Part shown: positions 27,814 to 37,600 of the stretch, one piece after another
How the letters are laid out: every line of letters begins with the position of its first letter
How positions within the stretch are numbered: position 1 is the stretch's first letter
From: a virus
Taxonomy: Duplodnaviria; Caudoviricetes
Virus record (IMG/VR): IMGVR_UViG_3300034072_002225
Coordinates: 1-56,674 of that record
Strand: one strand, 5' to 3'
DNA: 56,674 nt
The notes under the pieces: model-generated
The model's database searches: none
What the model was told of the DNA's origin: nothing
Seen by the model: only the letters and a program-made list of their open reading frames with translations
Translations under genes and position numbers: made by a program

Positions 27814-29082
27814 ATGGCTGGACGCGCATTTGGCGCGAACGCGCGGCGTGCCGTGGCGTTCGAAGCATCCTATGGGGCCATCCCCGCCGCTGGTGCGGCC
27901 TGGAAGCGGCTTGCTTTCGTCAGCAGCGCGCTGGGCGAGGAAGGCGGCCTGATCGAGGACGATCTGCTCGGCCTGGGCCGCGAGCCGCAGGACCCGACCG
28001 ACGACGTGCTGAACAACACCGGCGACGTGGTGGTACCCGTCGATGCCCGCGCCTTCGGCTACTGGCTGAAGCTGTACTTCGGCGCGCCGACCAGCGGCAA
28101 CGGCGACGCAGCGGCCGGCAAAATCGTCTTTTCCGCCCAGCCTGCGGCCGATTCGATCGTGACGATCGCCGGCGTGCCCTTCACCTTCAAGGCCACGGGC
28201 GCGACCGGCAACCAGGTGAACCTCGGCGCCGATCTGGCAGCGACGATCACCGCGCTGGTGGCCAAGCTCAATGCCAGCGCCGATGCCGGCGTGGCCGCCG
28301 CAACCTATAGCGGAGATGCGACCACGCTGACGATCACCCACGATACGCTGAACGCGACCGGCAATGCGTTCACCATCGCGGCCGGTGCGGGCAGCAACGG
28401 CACGGCCAGCGGCGATACGCTCTCCGGCGGCACCTATGCGCATGTGTTCACCACCGGCGCCTCGACGCTGCCCTCGGTATCGATCGAGGACGGCAATCCC
28501 GAGATCCCGTCCTACTCCACGCACTTCGGCGCCAAGGGCAACACGATGCGGATCCAGATGCAGCGTTCGGGGCAGCTGAACGCCACGCTGGGCCTGATCG
28601 CGCAGGGAGAAACCGAGCCGGCGGCGGCGAGCGGCAGCACGGGATCGACCACGGTGCAGGTGGCGCGCTTCGCCCAGGCCACGGGCGAGGTGACCGACGA
28701 CGGCGAGGTGCTCGCGACCGTGCGCACGGCCGAGCTCAACTTCTCCAACAATCTCGACCTCGACGAGACGATCCGCGCCGATCGCCGCATCAACGGGGCG
28801 GATCCGGGCAAGGTAGCGGTGAGCATTCGCCTGTCGCTCAACTTCGTCGACCGCGATTCGGTGAACCGCGTCGGCACCAAATACCCGCGCGCGCTCACCT
28901 TCGGCTGGAAGAATGCCGTGGGCTCGCTGATGTTCAGCATGCCGCGCGTGTTCCTGCCGCGCGCGAAGCGGGCGATCAGCGGCCCCGGGGGCATCCTTGC
29001 CGAACATAACGGCCAGGCATCGGGTGCGCAGGCCGCGTCGATGACGATCACCCTCAAGAACGACATTGCGAGCTACGCCTGA
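27814..29082 (+). CDS. Tail tube (major tail) protein with inserted domain
   Basis: RAFGANA..FE..YG..LLGLGREP..GDVVVPVD.R.FG.WLK..LPS.SIE.G.PEIP..NNLD..ETIR.D. Confidence 0.88.
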   Translation: MAGRAFGANARRAVAFEASYGAIPAAGAAWKRLAFVSSALGEEGGLIEDDLLGLGREPQDPTDDVLNNTGDVVVPVDARAFGYWLKLYFGAPTSGNGDAAAGKIVFSAQPAADSIVTIAGVPFTFKATGATGNQVNLGADLAATITALVAKLNASADAGVAAATYSGDATTLTITHDTLNATGNAFTIAAGAGSNGTASGDTLSGGTYAHVFTTGASTLPSVSIEDGNPEIPSYSTHFGAKGNTMRIQMQRSGQLNATLGLIAQGETEPAAASGSTGSTTVQVARFAQATGEVTDDGEVLATVRTAELNFSNNLDLDETIRADRRINGADPGKVAVSIRLSLNFVDRDSVNRVGTKYPRALTFGWKNAVGSLMFSMPRVFLPRAKRAISGPGGILAEHNGQASGAQAASMTITLKNDIASYA

Positions 29083-29627
29083 TGCTGAAGCTGCAGAAGC
29101 TGGCCACCGGGCCGGAATGGGCCGAACTGATGGGTGCGCGGTTCTGCTTCGCGCCGCTCACCCGCCCGATGACGCGGCGCGCGCGCGTGGCTGCGGCCAA
29201 GGCCGTCGAGCCGCAGCGTGGCAAGATCAGCGATGTCGAATTCGGCGAAGCGCTGGGCGATGCCTATAGCGAGGAACTGATCGTCGCGGGTCTGGTCGAC
29301 TGGGAAGGCGTGGGCGATGCCGATGGCAAGCCGCTGCCCTGCACCGAGGTGCACAAGCGGATGCTGGTGGCGGATCCGGCCTGCTTCGATCGCCTCGACG
29401 CGCACTATGTGCTGCCCTTCGCGATCCGGGTGGCGGAGGGAAACGCATCGCGCGCCTCGCCGAATGGCACTGGAGCGGGGGCGAGGCGGGCGCGCGCTAC
29501 TGCCGGATCCAGTGCCAGGCCGAAGGCGAAAACTGGTGCGAAGGATGCGCCTATCGCCAGCATGCCTGCCACACGGCCGAAGGCGAAGAAGCCTGGGCGC
29601 TCGTCACGGCGTGCGAAACCCAGCTGA
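29082..29627 (+). CDS. Tail assembly chaperone (gpG-like)
   Basis: LVDWEGVGDADG.PLP; slippery G-GGA-AAC at 29438..29444. Confidence 0.85.
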   Translation: MLKLQKLATGPEWAELMGARFCFAPLTRPMTRRARVAAAKAVEPQRGKISDVEFGEALGDAYSEELIVAGLVDWEGVGDADGKPLPCTEVHKRMLVADPACFDRLDAHYVLPFAIRVAEGNASRASPNGTGAGARRARATAGSSARPKAKTGAKDAPIASMPATRPKAKKPGRSSRRAKPS

Positions 29628-29836
29628 GGCTGCGGCTGGTGCCCGTGCCGATCGGCATGGGGATGACGGTGCGTAGCGAGCCGTGCGGGCTCGATTTCGG
29701 GGCAGTGATGATGGTGGCCACCGCCGCCGGCGCGGACACGGCGCTGGTGGCGGACGTGCTGCCGGCGGTCGAGCAGGCGATCCTGCTCGGCCAGCGGAAC
29801 GACGAGGAAGCGGAGGACATGGAAGATGACGGCTAA
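29438..29836 (+). CDS. -1 frameshift extension (gpGT-like)
   Basis: The -1 frame is open from the slippery site to TAA 29836: KRIARLAEWHWSGG..YC..C..C..C.Y..EGEEAW..QLR..GLDFGAV. Confidence 0.8.
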   Translation, partial: GKRIARLAEWHWSGGEAGARYCRIQCQAEGENWCEGCAYRQHACHTAEGEEAWALVTACETQLRLRLVPVPIGMGMTVRSEPCGLDFGAVMMVATAAGADTALVADVLPAVEQAILLGQRNDEEAEDMEDDG

Positions 29837-32800
29837 CGTCGCGATCCGCCTGGGGACCGAGGGCAAGGCCCGCGTCGTCGGCGACTTCGCCGAGATCGCC
29901 GATGCGGGCGATCGCACCGCCCAGCGCTGGCAGCGTTCGTTCGAGCGCGCCGGCGCCGACGTCGAGGCGGCGATCAAGCGGCAGGCAAACGCCGCCGCAC
30001 GCCTTGCCGCCGCGCAGCCGCAGACTCCCACGCAACAGGCGTTCCAGGCTGCTGCCAGCACCAACTATTCGGGCCAAAGCGCCCGCGAGTCAGCCGAGGC
30101 CTTTCGCGAGGCTGCTGCACAGCAGGCGCAGCTCGAGGCGCGGACGCGGGCGCTCCTGACCGCGATCGATCCGACGCTCGCCGCGCAGCACCGGCTGAAC
30201 GCATCCCTGGCCGAGGCGAAGGAACTGTACGAGGCTGGTGCGATCAGCGGTGCCCGCTACACCCAGGTGGTGCGGCAGCTGAACGGCGCCGCCGCGGCGG
30301 ATGCCGGCGTCGGTGCCATCGGCAAGAGCGCGCAGGAATCCGCCGCGGTCTTCTCGTCCGCCTTCGCGCAGATGGAGCAGCGTGCGCAGGCGCTGCGCAT
30401 GTCGATCGATCCGGCCTATGCCGCGCAGGTGCGGTTCGACCGCGAAATCGGCAATGCGCGCGAGCTGATCCAGGCCGGTGCGATCTCGCTGGACGACTAT
30501 GTTGCCGTGCTGCGCCGCGAGCGGGCGGCGCTGAACGACAGTGCCGAAGGGCTACGGCGCCACGGTACCGCCCTGGCGGCGATCGCTCCGCAGGCGCAGG
30601 ACTTCTTCACCCAGATCTCGATGGGCGCGAACCCGCTTTCCGTGCTGGCGATCCAGGGCGGCCAGGCAGCGGGCCAGATGCTCTATCTGGAAGGCGCCGC
30701 CGGCAAGTTCGCCCAGTTCATGATGGGGCCATGGGGGCTGGCGATCACTGCGGGCCTGCTGATCCTCGGTGCGCTCACCAACGAGCTGTTCAAGTCCGCC
30801 GGCGCGGACGATACCAAGAAGAAGGCAGCCGAAGAACTGAAGCAGGCGATCGACAGCCTGTACGATTCCACGCTGCGGCAGGTGCAGGGAGAGCAGGCGC
30901 AGCGCAACGCCACGCTGGAAACTGCCAAGGCCTTGCTTTCGAAGGCAGTCGCAACGCGGCAGGCGGTAGCGGCAGAGCTTTCCGCGCAGGCGGACAGGAC
31001 GAAGGCTGCCTTGGTTACCGAACGGTACAACCCTTACGGGATCCCGGGCCAGGGGGGCGCCGTCCAACAGCAGAAGCTTGCGGACCAGCAGAAGCTGGCG
31101 GCGGCAGCCGAGGACCAGGAGCGCAAGGCGCGGGATGCGCTGGCGAACATTCAGATCGTCGACGCGAATGCCCGTGTCGCGGCCTCGATCGACAAGCGTA
31201 CCGATGCAGAGCAGCGTCATTCGAGCGCCGTCAACGATCTGGCGGAGTCTTACAGGAAGGGAAGCATCACCCTATCCGAGTACGAGGCGCAGAAGCGCAA
31301 GCTGGACGTCGGCTATAACGACGAGATCGACAAGCTGACCAAGCGTCGCGAACATGTCGACCGGCACGCGATCGCCCTGGCCCGAGATGCCAGCGCGATG
31401 CAGGCGAACGCCTCGGCCGGCCTGGTGCTTGCGCAAGCCTATCTTCAGGGAGGCGATGCCGCCTTGAAGGCTGAGGCCGCGCGCAAGGGGCTTACCGATG
31501 CGACCCGCAAGGGCATCGATGCGGATGCGCAGACGGCCCGCCAGCTGCAGATCGTGGTCGCCGACCAGCTGGTCAACAGTGCGAGGAGCCTCGACCAGCT
31601 CCGGGCCGAAACCCTCGCCCGCCATGCGGCGAACGATAATGTCGCGGCCGGCACGCTGGCAGTCGCCGACCTCAATCAGCGACTTTCCGATGAAGCGGCG
31701 CTGCGCCCGCTCCTGGTCTTGCAGACGGTAGCGCAGGGCGACGCACTGAAGGTGCTCACCGAAACCATCGCCAAGTATCGCCAGGTGCTTGCCGATGCGC
31801 ATGCAGAGGAAGCGCGCGGCGCTGCCCTCACGGCTACCGACGCGGCCAAGCGCCGCACCGACGATCTCCGCGCCCAGATCGGCGACCTCAGCAAAAGCCC
31901 ACGCGATCAGGCGATCGCAGCGGCAGGCCGCGCCGCCACGGCGGAGGCGGATGCCGGCAAGTTCACCGGGATCGATCGGCAGAACTTCCTGGATCAGCGC
32001 AAGGCCGAGGCGCTGGCGCAGTTCGATCTCCAGCGCGCGCAGAGCGTCGATCAGCGCAAGCGCAGCCAGGAAGACAGCCTTGTGCTTGCGCAGCGCGAGC
32101 TCACCCTCGTCGGCGCAAGCGACGCCGTGCGCGGCAGTGAAATGGGCAAGTTGCAGCTGTCGCTCGATCTCAAGCGGATGGGGCTGACCGAGCAGGATGC
32201 CGAGTACCAGAATTTGCTCCGCAACCAGCTGGCGCTGGATCAGATCAACCGCGAACTGGAGCGCGAGCGGGGTAATTGGGACGAGATCCGCCAGACCGGC
32301 GGCCGCTTCATCGACGATGTGCTCAACACCGACAATTGGAAGAACTGGGGCGATTTCGGCCAGAAGGTGCTGAAGGACCTGATGAACGACTTCATTCGGC
32401 TGGCGGCGATCAATCCGCTGAAGAATGCGCTGTTCGGCGAAAATCTGCCGACGGCCAGCGGGGTTCTCGGCAGGTTGTTCGGCAGCAAGGGAGATTTCGC
32501 TTCCGGCGTCGGCAACGATCCGCTCGGCCTTGGCGGGCTTGGCATCAGGGCCGGCGAGGATCCAAGGGCCGGCCTCGGCATCGATCCCTGGAGCGCGTTC
32601 GGCAGCGGGGGCGGCACGCTCGGTGCGATCGGCGCCGGCGCCGGCATCCTGAAATCGGTTTTCTCGATCTTCGGCAATGCGGTGGGGACCGAGAACTGGT
32701 CCGGCGGCATGATGCTCGCCGGGGAGAACGGCCCGGAGATCCTCTATGCGCCGCGCGGTACCCGGGTGGGCAACGCGCCGGAAACGCGCCGCGCGCTTTC

Positions 32801-32984
32801 CGCGGCGAACGAAGGCGATATGGGCGTGTTGCGGGTGGAGCTTTCGCTCTCCGACGATCTGAACGCCCGGATCGACGATCGCGCGGCGAATGTCTCGGTG
32901 CAGGTGGTGCGGGAATCGGCGCCGGCGCTGATCGATGCCTCCACCTCGGCCACCGTCGCCCAGCTGAGCCGGCGGAGGCTCTGA
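29826..32984 (+). CDS. Tape measure protein
   Basis: 1052 aa, Ala-rich helical; QAQDFFTQ..G.NP..QGGQ; AGENGPE near the C-terminus. Confidence 0.93.
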   Translation: MTANVAIRLGTEGKARVVGDFAEIADAGDRTAQRWQRSFERAGADVEAAIKRQANAAARLAAAQPQTPTQQAFQAAASTNYSGQSARESAEAFREAAAQQAQLEARTRALLTAIDPTLAAQHRLNASLAEAKELYEAGAISGARYTQVVRQLNGAAAADAGVGAIGKSAQESAAVFSSAFAQMEQRAQALRMSIDPAYAAQVRFDREIGNARELIQAGAISLDDYVAVLRRERAALNDSAEGLRRHGTALAAIAPQAQDFFTQISMGANPLSVLAIQGGQAAGQMLYLEGAAGKFAQFMMGPWGLAITAGLLILGALTNELFKSAGADDTKKKAAEELKQAIDSLYDSTLRQVQGEQAQRNATLETAKALLSKAVATRQAVAAELSAQADRTKAALVTERYNPYGIPGQGGAVQQQKLADQQKLAAAAEDQERKARDALANIQIVDANARVAASIDKRTDAEQRHSSAVNDLAESYRKGSITLSEYEAQKRKLDVGYNDEIDKLTKRREHVDRHAIALARDASAMQANASAGLVLAQAYLQGGDAALKAEAARKGLTDATRKGIDADAQTARQLQIVVADQLVNSARSLDQLRAETLARHAANDNVAAGTLAVADLNQRLSDEAALRPLLVLQTVAQGDALKVLTETIAKYRQVLADAHAEEARGAALTATDAAKRRTDDLRAQIGDLSKSPRDQAIAAAGRAATAEADAGKFTGIDRQNFLDQRKAEALAQFDLQRAQSVDQRKRSQEDSLVLAQRELTLVGASDAVRGSEMGKLQLSLDLKRMGLTEQDAEYQNLLRNQLALDQINRELERERGNWDEIRQTGGRFIDDVLNTDNWKNWGDFGQKVLKDLMNDFIRLAAINPLKNALFGENLPTASGVLGRLFGSKGDFASGVGNDPLGLGGLGIRAGEDPRAGLGIDPWSAFGSGGGTLGAIGAGAGILKSVFSIFGNAVGTENWSGGMMLAGENGPEILYAPRGTRVGNAPETRRALSAANEGDMGVLRVELSLSDDLNARIDDRAANVSVQVVRESAPALIDASTSATVAQLSRRRL

Positions 32985-32985
32985 C

Positions 32986-33594
32986 ATGGCGATCCTTCAG
33001 AGCCCCGCGCCGTTTCCGCTGCGCGACAAGAAAGTGCGCCTGCGCGATCCGGGGCAGGTCAATCGGTCGAAATGGACGGGCCGCAGCAAGGTGATCGGCC
33101 TGCCCGGGGCGGCGGCGTGGCTGGTCGCCGGCACGTTCAGCGCGATCACCGACGAGGCGAAGGCGCTGCCATGGCGGGCCTTCTTCGTCGGGCTGCGCGG
33201 CCGGCGCAACAGCTTTCGGGTGCGGGTGGGGCTGTCCCAGCAAACCGGTGCAGCCAATCCGGTAGTGCGGGCCGGCGGTACCGCCGGGCTCACCGTGCCG
33301 CTCCAGGGGCTGCCGGCGTCGCAGACCGTGCTGCAGGCGGGCCACCTGATGACGGTTTCGCTGCCCAGCGGCCATGAACGGCTCGTCTGCCTGCAGGCGC
33401 CGCTGGTCAGCGATTCCGCCGGCAATGCGGTGGCGAGCTTCGCGCCCGAGCTGGGCGAAGTGCCGCAGGCCGGCGCCGCGGTGGAGATCCAGTGGCCGCA
33501 CGCCCTGGTGCGGATGGTGAGCGACACCAATGGCTGGGATTTCAGCGACCGCGTGCGCCAGGGCTTCGCGATCGATACGGAGGAGGCGCTGTGA
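32986..33594 (+). CDS. Distal tail protein-like
   Basis: Immediately after TMP; S.WTG..W..WRAF...LRGRRNSF. Confidence 0.7.
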   Translation: MAILQSPAPFPLRDKKVRLRDPGQVNRSKWTGRSKVIGLPGAAAWLVAGTFSAITDEAKALPWRAFFVGLRGRRNSFRVRVGLSQQTGAANPVVRAGGTAGLTVPLQGLPASQTVLQAGHLMTVSLPSGHERLVCLQAPLVSDSAGNAVASFAPELGEVPQAGAAVEIQWPHALVRMVSDTNGWDFSDRVRQGFAIDTEEAL

Positions 33595-34253
33595 GCCGGA
33601 TGGATTCCACCGCCGCCGCGGCGCTCACCGCCCGCGTCATTCGCCCGGTATTCTTCGCCTATCTGGACATCGTGGGCGATCCGCTGCGCGCCTGCACGGC
33701 GGAAATGTCGTTGCAGCCCTTCGGCAGCGGCGACAGCGATCTCGACGGGCAAGTGTTCGACGCGCTGAACCCCACGATCGTCGATATCGGGCCGGTGGCG
33801 ATGAAATCCGGCGGATCGGACAGCCTGACCGCGCGGCTTTCCGGCATCGTCGGGCTGGACGATGCACTGCTGGCGGTGATCGGCAACAAGGCGAACTGGC
33901 AGGGCCGGGTCGCACGGCTGTGGCGGATGATCCGCGACGAGAATGGCGCCCAGCAAGGCGCAATCCAGCATTACTATACCGGCTATATGGTCGCGCTGGA
34001 CGTGGAGGGCTCGCCCGAGAGCCAGACCATCAACCTTACGATCGAAAGCTATCTGGTCGCCTTTTCGCAGGCGTCGAACCGCACCTATCTCGATCAGGAT
34101 CGCTTCGATCCCGGCGACCTTTCCGCCAAGGCGGCGATCGCGATCGCGAACGGGATCAGCGGCAACCCGCTTATCAGCAACACGCCCGTGGGCGCCGGCG
34201 CCGGTTCGTTCGGCGGCGGCTCCGGGGGGCGCATCCTCAGGAATCTGGAATGA
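33591..34253 (+). CDS. Minor tail protein (gpL/hub-like)
   Basis: GTGA coupling; LSGI..WQGR.ARLW..YTGYM..TIES..DQ..PGD. Confidence 0.75.
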   Translation: MSRMDSTAAAALTARVIRPVFFAYLDIVGDPLRACTAEMSLQPFGSGDSDLDGQVFDALNPTIVDIGPVAMKSGGSDSLTARLSGIVGLDDALLAVIGNKANWQGRVARLWRMIRDENGAQQGAIQHYYTGYMVALDVEGSPESQTINLTIESYLVAFSQASNRTYLDQDRFDPGDLSAKAAIAIANGISGNPLISNTPVGAGAGSFGGGSGGRILRNLE

Positions 34254-34672
34254 CGCGACTGCCCGACTGGGAAGCGCGCCTCGCCGACTATCTGGCGAGC
34301 GTGGCCGATCTGCCGATGGCCTGGGGCCGCCACGATTGCGCGCTGCATGCCGCCAACGCCATCCTGGCGGTGACCGGCGAGGATCATGGCGTGCCGTATC
34401 GCGGCCGGTACCAGACCGAGCTGGGCGCCGCCCGCGCGCTGCGCCGGCAGGGGTTCGACAGCGTCGAGGCGCAGTTCGATGCGGTGTATCCCATCCTCGC
34501 CCCCGCCTTCGCGCAGCGCGGCGACGTGGTGCTGCGGGGCGATGCGGTGGGCGTGTGCATCGGTGCCGAGGCGCTGTTCGTCGGTGCGGAGGCGTTGGAC
34601 GGTGGGGCGCTGCGCGAGGGGCTGGTGCGCTTCCCCCGGCGCGAATGGACGAAGGCCTGGGCGATCCGATGA
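34250..34672 (+). CDS. NlpC/P60-like tail assembly protein (DUF6950-like)
   Basis: RLPDWEARL..WGRHDCAL..TGED..RGRY..AQRGDVV..GVC.G. Confidence 0.8.
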   Translation: MTRLPDWEARLADYLASVADLPMAWGRHDCALHAANAILAVTGEDHGVPYRGRYQTELGAARALRRQGFDSVEAQFDAVYPILAPAFAQRGDVVLRGDAVGVCIGAEALFVGAEALDGGALREGLVRFPRREWTKAWAIR

Positions 34673-37600
34673 GCGGTGCCCTCAAGATCGCCGGCGCGAT
34701 CGTCGGCGTGATCGCGATCGTCGCCAGCGGCCCGCTTGGTGCAGGCATCGGGCTTGCTATCACCAGTACTTTGGGAATGAGCGCCGCCACGCTGACGCTG
34801 ATCTCGACGGGCCTGGCGATCGGCAGCTCCTTGCTTGCGCCCAAGGCCAAGGCGCCCAGCACCAGCCCGGCCGCCACTGATCGCCTGTTCGCCGGGATCA
34901 ACCTGCGCGCCTTCCGCCACCTGGTGTTCGGCCACACCGCCATGGCCACCGAAGTCCGCGACCAGGAATATTCGGACAACCAGACCGTTCTGCACCGCTT
35001 TCTGGTGATCGCCAGCCACAAGGTGCAGGCGGTGGAGCAGCTGTGGTTCGATGACAAGCTGGCCTGGACGGCGGCCGGCGGCGCCCAGGGGGAATTCGCC
35101 GGCTATCTGAACGTCACCCCGGTGCTCGAGGGATCGGCGGCGAACGCCATCAACATTTCGAGCCGGATGGGCGCGTCGCGGCGCTTCACCGGCCTTGCCT
35201 ATCTGTACCTGCGCTACAAGCTGACCGGCAACAGCAAGAACACCGACAGCCCGTTCGCGCAATCGATCCCCACCCGGGTGACGGTGATCGGCAAGGCGGC
35301 GCTCGTCTACGATCCTCGGCTCGACAGCAGCCGGGGCGGCAGCGGCGGCCAGCGTGCCGAAGATCAGACGACATGGGCGTGGAACGACGATGCCGCGCGC
35401 AACCCGGCGCTGCAGCTGCTCTGGTACCTGCTCGGCTGGCGGATCCGCAATCCGGTGACCGGCGAATGGAAGCTGGCGGTGGGCAAGGGGATTCCGCCCG
35501 AGCGCATCGATATCGACAGCTTCATCACCGCCGCGAACCTGTGCGACGAGCAGGTGGCGCGCGCTGCCGGGGGCACCGAGCCGCGCTACCGCAGCGACGG
35601 CATCTTCACCGAGGGCGACGATCCCTCCACCGTGCTCGATAACTTCAAGGCGGCGATGAATGCCGATCTCGACGATGTCGACGGCAAGCTGCGCATCACG
35701 GTGCTGCACAACGACCTGGGATCGCCGCAGATCGGCCTGACCGCCGACGATGTGCTGGATTCCTTCCGCTGGACGCAGACGCCGTCGCTGACCGATAGCT
35801 TCAACGTCATCCGCGGCAGCTATACCGATCCCAGCACCACCTCGCTGTACCAGCAGGTCGACTATCCCGAGGTGCGGATCGACAGCCCGGACGGCATCGA
35901 TCGGGTGCAGACGGTGAACCTGCCGATGGTGCAGTCGCCCAGCCAGGCGCAGCGACTGGTGAAACAGCGGCTGCAGCGCATGCAATATGGCGGCATGTTC
36001 GAGGCGGTGTTCCAGGCAACGGCCTGGCGCTACCGCAAGGGCGACGTGGTGCCCTTCACCTTCCCCGCGCTGGGATGGGCGAACAAGCTGTTTCGCGTGG
36101 TGGCGATGACGGTGCAGGTGGACGGCACCGTGCCGATGACGCTGCGCGAGGAACATCCGGACATCTATCTGTGGGACGCGAGCGACGCGCCGGCGGTGCA
36201 GGGGGCGGTGCCCACCACCTATAACCAGAACCTGCTGCCGGTGGTGCTGGACCTGGCGAATATCGGCAGCCAGGCCGTGGATGCCGCGATCGCGGCCGGG
36301 CAGGCGCTCGACCGGATCGACGCGCTGAGCGACGACGGCGTGCTGACCGGCGACGAAAAGGCCAAGGTGCTCCTGAAGGAGGATGCCGAACTGGCCGCCG
36401 AGTGGAACCTGCTGGATACGCAGGCGGCGGGGCTGTCGTCGTTCGCGGAGGTGGCAAGCGCACGGGTGACCGCCTCGTCGGCCTGGACGGCGTGGATCAC
36501 CTATCGCAATGCCCTTTCGCCGGCGTGGAACAACACGACGCTCGACACCTTCGTCGACCGCACCGTGTTCCGCGGCAAGCTGACCGACCTGCGCTATGCG
36601 CTCAACCTGTTGGCGCAGGCGCTGCGCAAAACAGCCGCGATCGACGGGTTCAATCGGCTGCGGAACACGCGGTTCGAGAATGGTCTATCCGGCGGCTGGA
36701 CGGTCGGTTCCTCGCCTGGGGTGACGGTGGACGCAGGTTATCCGTCCGTCTTCCTTTTATCCGGATCCGGTGTGCCCTTCCTGAAATACAGCGGTGTGGC
36801 CGCGGCGCAGGAGGCGGTGGGCAGTCGCTACTATGTATTCTACCAGGATATCCCCGTCCAAGGCGGCGAGCGGCTGGCGCTACAGGTCGGAATTGAGGGG
36901 CAGGGGAGCGTCTACAACCAGTATCTGCTCGCCCAGTATATCGACAGCGCGGGAAACGGTCTGCCCCAACAGGATGGGGTGCAAACCGTCTTCGGAGCAC
37001 AACCCTTCAACACGAAGCTGCGCGGGTTCGTGACCACACCGGCCAACGCGGCAAAGCTGCGCTTCCTCACCGTGGTGAATGCCCCTGTATCCGGGGGCGC
37101 CTTCACAGGTTTGATCGTGGAGCCGATGGTTTCGACCGCGCGGCCTGATCAGACCGATTTCCCACCATACTCCCCGGGTGTAGCCGATGGTGCGGACGGA
37201 GCACCAGGCGTCCCAGGCGCGCCGGGCGCCAATGGCCAAACGCTCTACACTTGGGTTGCTTTTGCCGACAGCCCGGACGGCTACGTCAACTTCACCAACG
37301 GCGCACCCGGCAACCGGGGATATCAAGGCCTTGCGGTCAATAAGACCTCGGCAACAGAAAGCACGAACGCCGATGACTATCAGTGGGGGCCGTATCGCGG
37401 TCCGGCGAATTTCGGCCTTGTCGGGCATGCCAAGGTCACCATTGGGCCAGACTACATCGTGCGCACGGCTCCTTGGTCAGATTCGTGGGATGCTTCCGGC
37501 TATTCATCTGAGGCGTTCATCGGGGGTGCCTTCACGTCTTCGACGCTGACGGCCAATTCCGGCGGGACGATGTTCGGCCTGAACACCGATCCCGCCACGG

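Noticed and set aside
30070-30520. Internal duplication in the tape measure protein (two SA.ESA..F..IDP..AAQ.R..AGAIS units)
   Set aside because: Real but ordinary for tape measure proteins.
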